Positions 19,276-28,103 of a stretch of 46,002 nt of DNA are shown here, in pieces. The notes below the pieces were generated by a model. The model ran no database searches. It was not told the origin of the DNA and was given only the letters and a program-made list of their open reading frames with translations. Numbering within the stretch: the stretch's first letter is position 1; every line of letters starts with the position of its first letter. A program made the translations under genes and the position numbers. The DNA comes from Patescibacteria group bacterium (GTDB taxonomy: Bacteria; Patescibacteriota; Minisyncoccia; UBA6257; HR35). The DNA lies in NCBI GenBank assembly GCA_025060085.1, contig JANXCM010000001.1:1-46002 (forward strand), read 5' to 3'.

Positions 19276-20658
19276 ATGATAAATAATTTAAAAGAGAAAA
19301 TTAGAAAAAAAATACCAAGATTTCTAATAAATTTTTATCATTATTTTTATTCTCTTATCGGGGCTTTAATTTTTAGATTCCCTTCTAAAAAAATAATTGT
19401 CATCGGCATAACAGGAACAAAAGGAAAGACAACCACTTGTTATTTAATTTATAAAATTTTAAATAATTTAGGGATTAAAGCTTCTCTTTCTTCAAGTCAA
19501 TTTTTTTATCTTGGTGAAGAAGAGGTGGAAAATAAATCTAGAATAACAATGCCAGGAAGATGGTATCTTCAAGAATTTCTAAAAAAATCTGTGGATAATA
19601 AATGTGAAGTAGCTGTTATTGAAGCTAGCTCTGAAGGATTAATGCAAAATCGACATAAATTTATTGATTTTGATATTTGTGTTTTTTTAAATTTACATCC
19701 GGAACATATTGAACATCATGGTAGTTTTGAAAATTATAAAAGAGATAAAGGAAAACTTTTTCAAAATCTTTTAAAAGGTGAAAAAAAATTTTTCCGAGGA
19801 AAAGTGGTAAAAAAAACAATTATCGCTAATTTTGATGATTATTATTCAGATTACTATCTATCTTTTCCCTCAGAAAAGAAAATAACCTTTGGTTTCGAGA
19901 AAAGTTTAAATAGAGAAAATCATATTCAAATTAGCAAATTTAAATTAACTCCACGGGGTAGTTATTTTAATTTAGTTGAAGAAGAAGAAAAAAAATCATT
20001 TCAATATTTCACTCCTCTATTAGGGAAACAAAATCTTTATAATATTTTAGCTTCATTTTGTGTTTTAAGGAGTTTAGATATTTCTCTTAAATCAGTCAAA
20101 GAAATATTACCTCATATAGAAAATTTACCTGGCAGATATGAGGTAATTGATAACAAAACATTCAAGGTAATTATTGACTATGCTCATACTCCCGATTCTA
20201 TCCAAGAATTATATAAAAATATTTTAGAAATATATAAACCAAAAAGATTACTCTGTTTAATAAGTTCAGCTGGTGGGATTAGAGATAAATGGAAAAGACC
20301 AGAAATAGGTAAAATTGCTGCTAAGTATTGTTCAGAAATAGTTATTTCTGATGAAGATCCTTTTGATGAGGATCCTTTAAAAATTATGAAAGAAATAGAA
20401 CACGGTGTTAAAAATTACCTTTCTGAATATGATTTTTCTAAGCCTTATCAAATTATTAGTGAAAGAAAAGAAGCAATTGAATATTTACTTCAAAGAGCTC
20501 AAAGAGGAGATATTGTCGTTTTAATCGGCAAAGGTGCTGAAAATTCTATTATTAAAGGAAATGAAATTATTCCTTGGAATGAAAAAGAAATAGTTTTAGA
20601 AATTTTAAAGAGATTAAGAGATAAAAAATCAAAAATAAATAAAATTAAATCAGTTTAA
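19276..20658 (+). CDS. murE: Mur ligase, MurE-like (UDP-MurNAc-tripeptide synthetase)
   Basis: Blocks IGITGTKGKTTT, EASSEGLMQNRH, DYAHTPDS and VLIGKGAE. Confidence 0.75.
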   Translation: MINNLKEKIRKKIPRFLINFYHYFYSLIGALIFRFPSKKIIVIGITGTKGKTTTCYLIYKILNNLGIKASLSSSQFFYLGEEEVENKSRITMPGRWYLQEFLKKSVDNKCEVAVIEASSEGLMQNRHKFIDFDICVFLNLHPEHIEHHGSFENYKRDKGKLFQNLLKGEKKFFRGKVVKKTIIANFDDYYSDYYLSFPSEKKITFGFEKSLNRENHIQISKFKLTPRGSYFNLVEEEEKKSFQYFTPLLGKQNLYNILASFCVLRSLDISLKSVKEILPHIENLPGRYEVIDNKTFKVIIDYAHTPDSIQELYKNILEIYKPKRLLCLISSAGGIRDKWKRPEIGKIAAKYCSEIVISDEDPFDEDPLKIMKEIEHGVKNYLSEYDFSKPYQIISERKEAIEYLLQRAQRGDIVVLIGKGAENSIIKGNEIIPWNEKEIVLEILKRLRDKKSKINKIKSV

Positions 20659-20753
20659 ATCCTATTTTAAATAAATTTTTGTTATAATTTTAATATCATC
20701 ATTTTAAACTTCACTTCTATTATTGTTTAAGATTTTTAAATATTAAAATTAAA

Positions 20754-20837
20754 GGGCAGGTGGCGGAATTGGTAGACGCGCTGGGCTTAGGACCCAGTGC
20801 TGAAAAAGGCGTGAGGGTTCGAATCCCTCCCTGCCCA
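20754..20837 (+). tRNA. tRNA-Leu (anticodon UAG)
   Basis: Folded by hand. The acceptor stem is GGGCAGG/CCTGCCC. The D arm is GCGGAATTGGTAGACGC. The anticodon stem CTGGG/CCCAG carries the loop CTTAGGA. It has a long variable arm and the T arm GAGGGTTCGAATCCCTC. Confidence 0.9.
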
Positions 20838-20848
20838 TTTTTTAATCT

Positions 20849-22291
20849 ATGAAAAAAAGACCACCAATTGTAATAATTTTAGGTCATATTGATCATGGAA
20901 AATCAACCTTATTAGATACTATTCAAAAGACAAAAATTGTTGATCAAGAAATTGGAGGAATTACTCAAAAAGTAAGAGCTTATGAAATTATTTATAAAGA
21001 TGAAAAAATTACTTTTATTGATACACCCGGCCATGAAGCTTTTTTTAAACTTAGAGAAAAAGGTTCTCAAATAGCTGATATAGCTATTTTAATTATTGCT
21101 GCCGACGAAGGAATTAAACCTCAAACAAAAGAATGTCTGAATTATATTGTCCAAAACAATTTACCTTTTATTATTGCTATTAATAAAATTGATAAACCCA
21201 ATGCTCGACCTGAAATAGTAAAAAAACAATTAGCGGAATTAAACTTTTTAGTTGAAGAATGGGGAGGACAAATACCAGCAATGGAAATTTCAGCTGCCAA
21301 AAATATAAATATTGATCAACTTTTAGACTTGATTTTACTTTTGGCGGAGATTTTAGAATTGAAATATGATGAAAACAAAAAAGGCGAGGGATATGTTTTA
21401 GAAGTAATGAAAGATTCAAAAAAAGGTTTATTGGTACTAGGAATATTAATTGATGGGGTGCTTAAGGTTGGAGATTATTTAACTACCTCAACTGCCGGCG
21501 GTAAAGTTAAATTTTTAGAAAATATTTTTAATCAACGAATTGATCAATCTTATCCCTCTTCGCCTGTTATTATCAATGGATTTGAAAAACTGCCTCAAGC
21601 CGGAGAAATTTTTAGAGTAATTGAGAAGGATGAACTTGAAAAAACAAAAAAGGAATTACTAGAAAAAGAAATAGCATGGAAAAAACAAATTGTTTTTAAT
21701 AATCATGAAACTACTATTAATTTAAACTTAATCATTAAAACAGATTTAGTTGGTTCACTCGAAGCCATTGAATATCTTTTAGAAAAATTATCAAAAGAAT
21801 TCAAAATAAATATCAAAATAGTCAAAGCAGATGTTGGTCAAATTACCACTGATGATTTAAAATTAGCTAAGCAAACTGATAGTATTTTAATTTCTTTCAA
21901 TCTTAATTTAACTACTACTATTTATGAAGAAATTAAAAATTTAAATTTGATCCTTATTGAAGCTAAAATAATTTATGAAATAGAGGAAAAACTTAAAGAT
22001 TTAATTGAAGTTAAAGAGGAGGAAGTAACCCACAAAGGTGAGCTAGAAATTCTTGCTTTATTTAGTAAATCTTCTCAAAAACAAACTATTGGAGGAAGAG
22101 TTATAAATGGTAAATTAAGATTAAATGATAAATTTTTAATTATTAGAGGAGGAGTAACAATTGGTAAAGGAAAGATAATTAGCTTAGAAAAAAATAAAGT
22201 TAAAGTTGATGAAATTAATGAAGGAGAAATATGTGGATTAATTGTTCAGACAAAAAATGATATTATTATTGGTGATCATTTATTAGTTTAA
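20849..22291 (+). CDS. infB: translation initiation factor IF-2 (short form lacking the long N-terminal region)
   Basis: RPPIVIILGHIDHGKSTLLD, DTPGHEAF and NKID GTPase motifs lie at the very N-terminus. The protein is 480 aa and is followed by rbfA. Confidence 0.9.
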   Translation: MKKRPPIVIILGHIDHGKSTLLDTIQKTKIVDQEIGGITQKVRAYEIIYKDEKITFIDTPGHEAFFKLREKGSQIADIAILIIAADEGIKPQTKECLNYIVQNNLPFIIAINKIDKPNARPEIVKKQLAELNFLVEEWGGQIPAMEISAAKNINIDQLLDLILLLAEILELKYDENKKGEGYVLEVMKDSKKGLLVLGILIDGVLKVGDYLTTSTAGGKVKFLENIFNQRIDQSYPSSPVIINGFEKLPQAGEIFRVIEKDELEKTKKELLEKEIAWKKQIVFNNHETTINLNLIIKTDLVGSLEAIEYLLEKLSKEFKINIKIVKADVGQITTDDLKLAKQTDSILISFNLNLTTTIYEEIKNLNLILIEAKIIYEIEEKLKDLIEVKEEEVTHKGELEILALFSKSSQKQTIGGRVINGKLRLNDKFLIIRGGVTIGKGKIISLEKNKVKVDEINEGEICGLIVQTKNDIIIGDHLLV

Positions 22292-22294
22292 TTT

Positions 22295-22621
22295 ATGCAT
22301 CAAGAAAGAAAAAAAAGAGAAGTAATTAAAAAAATATCGTTTATTTTGAAAGAAATTATAGATAATCCTAAAATTTTTTTAACCGTTTTGGATATTATTT
22401 TACCTTCCAAAAAAGGAATTATGGTTATTTATTTAAGTATTTTTCCTGATGAAAAGAAAAATGAGGTAATTAAAATTCTATTAAAAGAATCAAATAAAAT
22501 TAAACAATTAATCAAAAAGCAGAAATTTTTAAGATATTTACCTAAAAAAATATTCTTTAAATATGATAGCGGATTGAAATCAATGGAAGAAATTGATAAA
22601 ATATTAAAATCTATCAAGTGA
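22295..22621 (+). CDS. rbfA: ribosome-binding factor A
   Basis: 108-aa basic protein immediately after infB. It shows the RbfA-like pattern ...LTVLDIILPSKKGIMVIYLSIF...LRYLPKKIFFKYD. Confidence 0.6.
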   Translation: MHQERKKREVIKKISFILKEIIDNPKIFLTVLDIILPSKKGIMVIYLSIFPDEKKNEVIKILLKESNKIKQLIKKQKFLRYLPKKIFFKYDSGLKSMEEIDKILKSIK

Positions 22622-22630
22622 AATCAACGA

Positions 22631-22702
22631 GGCACGGTGTCCGAGTGGTTAGGAAACGGTCTGCAAAACCGTTTAACGTGGGTTCGAATCCCACCCGTGC
22701 CT
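22631..22702 (+). tRNA. tRNA-Cys (anticodon GCA)
   Basis: The acceptor stem is GGCACGG/CCGTGCC with discriminator U. The anticodon stem ACGGT/ACCGT carries the loop CTGCAAA. The T arm is GTGGGTTCGAATCCCAC. There is a G13:A22-type mismatch in the D stem, as in tRNA-Cys. Confidence 0.85.
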
Positions 22703-22725
22703 CTATAAATTTATATTTAGGCCTA

Positions 22726-22797
22726 GGCCCCATCGTCTAAAGGTTAGGACACCACTCTTTCAAGGTGGAAATAGGGGTTCGATTCCCCTTGGGGCCA
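22726..22797 (+). tRNA. tRNA-Glu (anticodon UUC)
   Basis: The acceptor stem is GGCCCCA/TGGGGCC. The anticodon stem CCACT/GGTGG carries the loop CTTTCAA. The T arm is AGGGGTTCGATTCCCCT. Confidence 0.85.
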
Positions 22798-22826
22798 ATT
22801 AAATTAATAATAAAAGGATAACAAAT

Positions 22827-22860
22827 AGAAAAAGTCTTCCTTTAAAGGAAGACTTTTTCT
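22827..22860. terminator. bidirectional intrinsic terminator hairpin
   Basis: Perfect palindrome AGAAAAAGTCTTCC-TTTAAA-GGAAGACTTTTTCT between the convergent tRNA-Glu (+) and the Pro-rich gene (-). A/T runs flank both sides. Confidence 0.7.
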
Positions 22861-22880
22861 ATATTTAATCTGTTAAAACT

Positions 22881-23138
22881 TTACTGAGCAGAAGGTGCTG
22901 GAGGTGGCGTAGTTCCAGGCTGCTCAGGATTTTCTGGTGATGGTGTTGGAGCAGGTGCTGTCATATCTGTTGGTGGTGAAGGTGGTACTGGACTTGGTTC
23001 AGGCATTGGTAAAACTTGATCAGTTGTAGGTATATTTTGAGCACCTCTTTGTTGAATATACCACCAAGCTAAAAATCCTAACACAATTAAAACGACTAAA
23101 ACTACTACTATTGGAATAATATTTTTATTTTTTTCCAT
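22881..23138 (-). CDS. small membrane-anchored proline-rich protein
   Basis: 85 aa with an N-terminal TM helix (IIPIVVVLVVLIVLGFLAWWYI) and a P/T/S-rich tail (PEPSPVPPSPPTD...PPPAPSAQ). It is locally GC-richer because of the Pro codons. Confidence 0.55.
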   Translation of the reverse strand: MEKNKNIIPIVVVLVVLIVLGFLAWWYIQQRGAQNIPTTDQVLPMPEPSPVPPSPPTDMTAPAPTPSPENPEQPGTTPPPAPSAQ

Positions 23139-23250
23139 TTTTTAAAAATCTATTTTTCGTTAATTTAACTAATTAAAATTACTTCTTAATCGACCATTAA
23201 ATTTTTAATTTTTAATTTTTAATTTAATAAATAAAATTATAAATTAACTT

Positions 23251-23640
23251 TTATTTAAATTCAACCTTACCACCAGCCCCTTCGATTTTTTCCTTAATTT
23301 TATTTGCTTCTTCCATAGAAGCTCCTTCTTTAATTACTTGAGGCGGATTATCAACAAATTCTTTTGCTTCTTTTAAGCCTAATTGAGGCTTGATTTCTCT
23401 TAGAGCTTTAATAACTTGAATTTTATTAGCTCCAGAATCTACTAAAACAACATTTACTTTTGAAGGCTGAGCGGATGTTTCTTCTTGAGATGAAGAAGGA
23501 GCGGTGACTACTGAACCACTTATAAAATTAGGCATAGAAGAAACACCAAATTTTTCTTCTAATTGCTTAATTAGATCATTTAATTCTACTACTGTTAAGT
23601 TTTCTATTTTTTCAATTATTTCATTTATTTTTTCTGACAT
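23251..23640 (-). CDS. rplL: 50S ribosomal protein L7/L12
   Basis: 129 aa with ...LTVVELNDLIKQLEEKFGV..., a flexible linker, and KIQVIKALREI..LGLKEAKEFVD...EEANKIKEKIEGAGGKVEFK. Confidence 0.95.
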   Translation of the reverse strand: MSEKINEIIEKIENLTVVELNDLIKQLEEKFGVSSMPNFISGSVVTAPSSSQEETSAQPSKVNVVLVDSGANKIQVIKALREIKPQLGLKEAKEFVDNPPQVIKEGASMEEANKIKEKIEGAGGKVEFK

Positions 23641-23644
23641 TTTT

Positions 23645-24154
23645 TTATTTTTTAATATTATTAACGACCGTTTTTAATTTAATTAAAGGACTCTTTAAAT
23701 CAAAAACTAATTTATTTAGGTTATTTTTTAGAACAAAAACTAATTGACTATAAATCATGTCTTTGTGAGAATATTTACTTAGAGGTAATAATTCTTCTGT
23801 TTGATAAAATTGATTGTTAAGATAAGCTCCTAAAATTTCTATATTTTTATCTTTCTTATATTTATTTAAGAGATTAATAACACTCAAATCATAAATTTTA
23901 TTAGAAAAAATCACTCCTAAGGGAACTTTGAATATTTCTTGAGATAAAAGAGATTTTAATTGACTATTAGCAATTATTATTAAATTTTTTTTGGCTACTT
24001 TTATAAAAGATTGAAGATTTTTGAGATCTCTTTTAAAATTTAACAAAGTATCAACCTTGATATTTCTTAAATTAATAAAAAAAATGGTATCAAATTCAGA
24101 AAAATATTTTTTTAAAATTTCAATAACTTTTTGTTTCCTTTCTCTTTTTTTCAT
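23645..24154 (-). CDS. rplJ: 50S ribosomal protein L10
   Basis: 169-aa basic ORF directly upstream of rplL in the conserved rplJ-rplL order. Confidence 0.75.
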   Translation of the reverse strand: MKKRERKQKVIEILKKYFSEFDTIFFINLRNIKVDTLLNFKRDLKNLQSFIKVAKKNLIIIANSQLKSLLSQEIFKVPLGVIFSNKIYDLSVINLLNKYKKDKNIEILGAYLNNQFYQTEELLPLSKYSHKDMIYSQLVFVLKNNLNKLVFDLKSPLIKLKTVVNNIKK

Positions 24155-24248
24155 CTTAAGTCTCGCGAGGACTTATTTTTTGCCTCGTTTCTTTGACTTT
24201 TAAAATTTTGTTTTAAAAAATTATAATTTAAATTAAAAATCAAATCAA

Positions 24249-24320
24249 GGGCAATTAGCTCAGGGGAAGAGCGCTTGTATCACACACAAGAGGTCGCAGG
24301 TTCAAATCCTGCATTGCCCA
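24249..24320 (+). tRNA. tRNA-Val (anticodon CAC)
   Basis: The acceptor stem is GGGCAAT/ATTGCCC. The D arm is GCTCAGGGGAAGAGC. The anticodon stem CTTGT/ACAAG carries the loop ATCACAC. The T arm is GCAGGTTCAAATCCTGC. Confidence 0.9.
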
Positions 24321-24360
24321 CAAAAAGATTTTTGATCAATAAAATTTTCAGATATTACTT

Positions 24361-25254
24361 TTAGCGGATGTATTTCTCAAATATTTTTTTTAATTTAGGT
24401 TTAGCAATATGAGTATAAATTTGAGTGGTAGAAATATTTTTATGACCTAAAAGTTCCTGAACTATTCTAATATCTACCCCCTTTGAAATTAAAGTGGTAG
24501 CTAATTGATGACGAAAAGAATGGGGATGAATATTTTTTATTAAACCTACCATTCGAGCTTTATTTTTAATTATTTTTTGAATAGCTCTTGGTGTTAATCT
24601 TTTTCCCCAACTGTTTTTAGCTAAAGAAATGAAAAGAGGAGTAAAATTATCTTTTCTTTGTTGAAGATATTTTTTTAAAATTTGGCTGGCTTTTTTAGAA
24701 AGAAAAACTAATCTTATTTGTCCTCCTTTACCCTTGACAATTATTTCTCTTTTTTCTAAATCAATATCTCGATTGAGGTTACATAATTCTGAAACTCTTA
24801 AACCAGTACTAAATAAACATTCTATAATTGCTCGATCTCTTAAATTTTTTAAGTTAGAAGAATAAATATCTAAACTATTTAAAAGTTTTTGTAATTCTTG
24901 TTCATTTAAAATTTCGATCTCTTTCCTAGTAGTTTTGGGTAGTTCTATTAGGGTAGGATCTAAAACATTTAATCCTTCATTTTTAAGGAATTTTAAAAAA
25001 TTTCTTAGAGCGATTAAGTAATAACTTTGAGTTTTTTTATCTAATTTTTGATCACTAAGATAAATTCTAAATTGCCAGATAGTTTCTTTTGTTATTCTTT
25101 GTGGATGAAGATAATTATTCCAGCTAAAAAATTTTAGTAATTTTCTTTGATACTCTTTAAGAGTGGAGGAAGATCTACCCTTAACAATTTCCAGATATTT
25201 TAAAAATTTAGAAATCAATGAAATAACTTCATTTTTAGCTTCTTGTTTTTTCAT
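24361..25254 (-). CDS. xerC: tyrosine recombinase, XerC/XerD family
   Basis: 297 aa with an N-terminal SAM-like domain. The C-terminal catalytic blocks are GLRVSEL, HPHSFRHQLATTLISKGVDIRIVQELLGHKNISTTQIYTH. Confidence 0.85.
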   Translation of the reverse strand: MKKQEAKNEVISLISKFLKYLEIVKGRSSSTLKEYQRKLLKFFSWNNYLHPQRITKETIWQFRIYLSDQKLDKKTQSYYLIALRNFLKFLKNEGLNVLDPTLIELPKTTRKEIEILNEQELQKLLNSLDIYSSNLKNLRDRAIIECLFSTGLRVSELCNLNRDIDLEKREIIVKGKGGQIRLVFLSKKASQILKKYLQQRKDNFTPLFISLAKNSWGKRLTPRAIQKIIKNKARMVGLIKNIHPHSFRHQLATTLISKGVDIRIVQELLGHKNISTTQIYTHIAKPKLKKIFEKYIR

Positions 25255-25277
25255 TCATAATATTTTAAAATTAAAAA

Positions 25278-25532
25278 ATGCCTAGAACAAAACAAGAAAA
25301 TATTCAACAATATAGACGCCACGAAAAAGATGTTGGTTCCCCAGAAGTACAAATTGCTTTATTAACTGAAGAGATTTTAAATTTAACTCAACATTTAAAG
25401 AAGAATCCTAAGGATTTTAGTTCAAAAAGAGGTTTAATTTTAAAAGTAGTAAAAAGGAGAAAATTATTAAAATATTTAGAAAAAAAATCCTTAGAAACCT
25501 ATAAAAAAATAAAAAGAGAACTGAAAATATGA
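25278..25532 (+). CDS. rpsO: 30S ribosomal protein S15
   Basis: 84 aa with [48 protein letters not shown]. Confidence 0.9.
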   Translation: MPRTKQENIQQYRRHEKDVGSPEVQIALLTEEILNLTQHLKKNPKDFSSKRGLILKVVKRRKLLKYLEKKSLETYKKIKRELKI

Positions 25533-26038
25533 ATCCTTTTGCTAACTCTGCTCAGAGAGTAGCTATCTTTATTGATACTCAAAATATTTACCATTCAGCT
25601 AAGAATTTTTATAATAAAAAAGTTGATTTTAGTAGTTTAATAAAAATTTTAGTTGGTGAGCGAAATTTAATTAGAGCCATTGCTTATGTTATTAAATCAA
25701 ATTTAAGCTTAAAAGAGATAGCCTTTTTTGAAACCTTGAGTCAAAAAGGAGTAGAGTTAAGAATAAAAGAGATGATTCATTTACCAGGAGGAGAAAAAAA
25801 GGCTGATTGGGATGTAGGTATTGCTGTTGATGCCATTAGAATAGCTAAATTTGTTGATTCAATAATTTTAGTTAGTGGTGATGGAGATTTTATCCCTCTT
25901 GTCGAATATTTAAAAAATCAAGGTAATATTGTTGAAATTGCCGGTTTTTCGAGAAACACCTCAATTAAATTAAAAGAATTAGCAGATTTTTTTTATGATT
26001 TAGAAGAAATTAAAAATTATATTTTGATTAAAAAATAG
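25529..26038 (+). CDS. NYN (LabA-like) domain protein
   Basis: Blocks [12 protein letters not shown], ...[10 protein letters not shown]... and [19 protein letters not shown]. Its start overlaps the rpsO stop. Confidence 0.65.
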   Translation: MNPFANSAQRVAIFIDTQNIYHSAKNFYNKKVDFSSLIKILVGERNLIRAIAYVIKSNLSLKEIAFFETLSQKGVELRIKEMIHLPGGEKKADWDVGIAVDAIRIAKFVDSIILVSGDGDFIPLVEYLKNQGNIVEIAGFSRNTSIKLKELADFFYDLEEIKNYILIKK

Positions 26039-26039
26039 A

Positions 26040-28103
26040 ATGGAAAAATTCAGTTTAGAAATTGACCATCAAAGAAAAACAATTATTGATTTTGAAATTA
26101 ATGATTGGGCAGAAAGGGCTAATATATCTTTATTAGTTAAATGCTTTGAAAGCACAGTTTTAACCACTATTGTTTTAGGTGAAAAAAGGGAAACTATTGA
26201 TTTCCTGCCTTTAACAGTTGATTATGAGGAAAAATATTATGCAGCAGGGAAAATTTATGGTAGTCGTTTTTTACGAAGAGAAGGAAAACCATCAGAAACA
26301 GCTATTTTAAATGCTAGGTTAATTGATCGTGGTTTAAGACCAGCTATTAAAAATTTTCCTTACGAAGTTCATATTACTAATATCATTTTATCTCTTGATC
26401 CAGATTTTGATCCAGATATTTTAGCCTTTTGGGGTTCTTCGATAGGCTTTTCCTTTTTAGGTTATCCTTGGTTAGGACCAGTGATCCCTGTGAAAATATC
26501 AAAATTGAACAATAATTATCTTTTCTATCCTAAAGAAAGCGAAAAAATTTTTAGTGATTTTAATATTTTTATTTCAGGGATTGAAAATAAAATTAATATG
26601 ATTGAATTTGATGGTTTAGAAATTTCCGAAGATGAAGTTGTTGAAGTTTGTGATTTGGGAATAAAAAAAATTAATCAACTCTATTTTCAAGTTTCTGATC
26701 TTCTAAAAGAAATTAAAACTCCTAATCAAAATATTTTTTTTGAAGACAAAAAAATAAATTATTTAAAATTTGGAGAAGATTTTTTGGTTCAAAATAATTT
26801 AGATATTGAAAGTTTACTTTTTAATAATCAAGAGGGAGAAAACATCGATAAAGTTTTTAAAATTTTAGAAGATGAAAAAAATAATCTTGAGAATTATCAT
26901 TATGTTTACCAAGGTATTTTAGAAAAAATTAAAAAAGTTTTTCAAGAAAAAATTTTGAAAGATAAAATTAGACCTGATGGCCGCAAGTTAGATGAAATAA
27001 GAAAAGTAGAATTACTCGTTAACATTTTACCTCGAGTTCATGGTTCAGCTTTGTTTAAAAGAGGATTGACTCATATTTTGTCGGCTGTTACCTTAGGTTC
27101 TCTTACTGATGATTTATTAATAAAAGAAATTGAATTTGAAGGAAATAAAAGATTTATCCATCACTATAATTTCCCCCCTTTTTCCATTGGAGAAATTGGT
27201 TCTCTTAAATCTCCTTCTAGGAGAGAATTAGGCCATGGCAATTTAGTAGAAAAAGCATTGAAAAACCTTATTCCGAATGAAAATATTTTTCCCTACACTA
27301 TTAGGGTTGTTTCCGAAGTATTATCTTCAAACGGTTCAACATCAATGGGTAGTGTTTGCTCTACCACAATGGCTCTCTTAGATGCTGGAGTGCCAATTAA
27401 AAATAAATGTGCTGGGATAAGTATCGGCATTGTTTATCAGGATGAAGAAAATTACGAATTATTAACAGATATTCAAGGACCAGAAGATTTTTGGGGAGGT
27501 ATGGATTTTAAAGTTGCTGGTACTGATCAAGGCATTACCGCTATCCAGTTAGATGTTAAAATTGACGGTTTAACTATAGAAATTATCAAAGAAAGTTTAA
27601 AAAAAGCAAAATCAGCCAGACTTTTTATTTTAGATAAAATTGACCAAACTATTAAAGAGCCAAGAAAAGAACTTAAACAAACAGTTCCTCGCTCCGCTAT
27701 TATTAATATTAACCCCAATAATATTGGTTTACTTATCGGACCAGGAGGAAAAACAATAAATGAGATAACTAACTTAACAAATTCAAAAATTGATATTAAA
27801 CAGGATGGTTCTGTTTATTTAACATCTGCTGATGAAATAGGAATTAAAAAAACAATCAATCTTATCAAATTAGTTACCAACGAAATAGATATTAATCAAA
27901 TTTTAGAAGGAAAAGTTATCAAGATCCTAGACTTTGGTTTTATTCTTGATCTAGGTTTTAATAAAACAGCTTTACTTCATATATCCGAAATACCTAAAAA
28001 TAAAATAGAAGGGATTAAACTTAATGATTTTTTGAGGGTAAAAGTAAAACAAATAAGTGATAACGGCAGAATTTATGTCTCTTTAATTAATGAACGAGGA
28101 TAA
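26040..28103 (+). CDS. pnp: polyribonucleotide nucleotidyltransferase (PNPase)
   Basis: 687 aa with two RNase PH-like domains (RPDGRKLDEIRKV, GSALFKRG, GGMDFKVAGT), a KH domain (GLLIGPGGKTINEI) and a C-terminal S1 domain. Confidence 0.9.
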   Translation: MEKFSLEIDHQRKTIIDFEINDWAERANISLLVKCFESTVLTTIVLGEKRETIDFLPLTVDYEEKYYAAGKIYGSRFLRREGKPSETAILNARLIDRGLRPAIKNFPYEVHITNIILSLDPDFDPDILAFWGSSIGFSFLGYPWLGPVIPVKISKLNNNYLFYPKESEKIFSDFNIFISGIENKINMIEFDGLEISEDEVVEVCDLGIKKINQLYFQVSDLLKEIKTPNQNIFFEDKKINYLKFGEDFLVQNNLDIESLLFNNQEGENIDKVFKILEDEKNNLENYHYVYQGILEKIKKVFQEKILKDKIRPDGRKLDEIRKVELLVNILPRVHGSALFKRGLTHILSAVTLGSLTDDLLIKEIEFEGNKRFIHHYNFPPFSIGEIGSLKSPSRRELGHGNLVEKALKNLIPNENIFPYTIRVVSEVLSSNGSTSMGSVCSTTMALLDAGVPIKNKCAGISIGIVYQDEENYELLTDIQGPEDFWGGMDFKVAGTDQGITAIQLDVKIDGLTIEIIKESLKKAKSARLFILDKIDQTIKEPRKELKQTVPRSAIININPNNIGLLIGPGGKTINEITNLTNSKIDIKQDGSVYLTSADEIGIKKTINLIKLVTNEIDINQILEGKVIKILDFGFILDLGFNKTALLHISEIPKNKIEGIKLNDFLRVKVKQISDNGRIYVSLINERG

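Noticed and set aside
19203-19286. A 27-codon ORF (MRRNLHSEKEIYDKISEILKKYKKYDK) upstream of and overlapping the murE start.
   Set aside because: It is too short, has no SD or other signal, and is of ordinary AT-rich composition. It is probably non-coding.
23200-23225. A tandem (AATTTTT)x3 microsatellite between the Pro-rich gene and rplL. A similar TTTTAATTTATAATT x2 lies at about 29333-29362, upstream of rpsL.
   Set aside because: These are low-complexity AT repeats typical of intergenic DNA in this genome, with no associated structure or coding potential.
24249-25254. A tyrosine recombinase next to tRNA-Val as the edge of an integrated mobile element.
   Set aside because: The 297-aa protein has the typical XerC/XerD length and motifs. 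Both flanks are core genes (rplJ/rplL and rpsO/pnp). I could see no direct repeat of the tRNA 3' end and no compositional shift.
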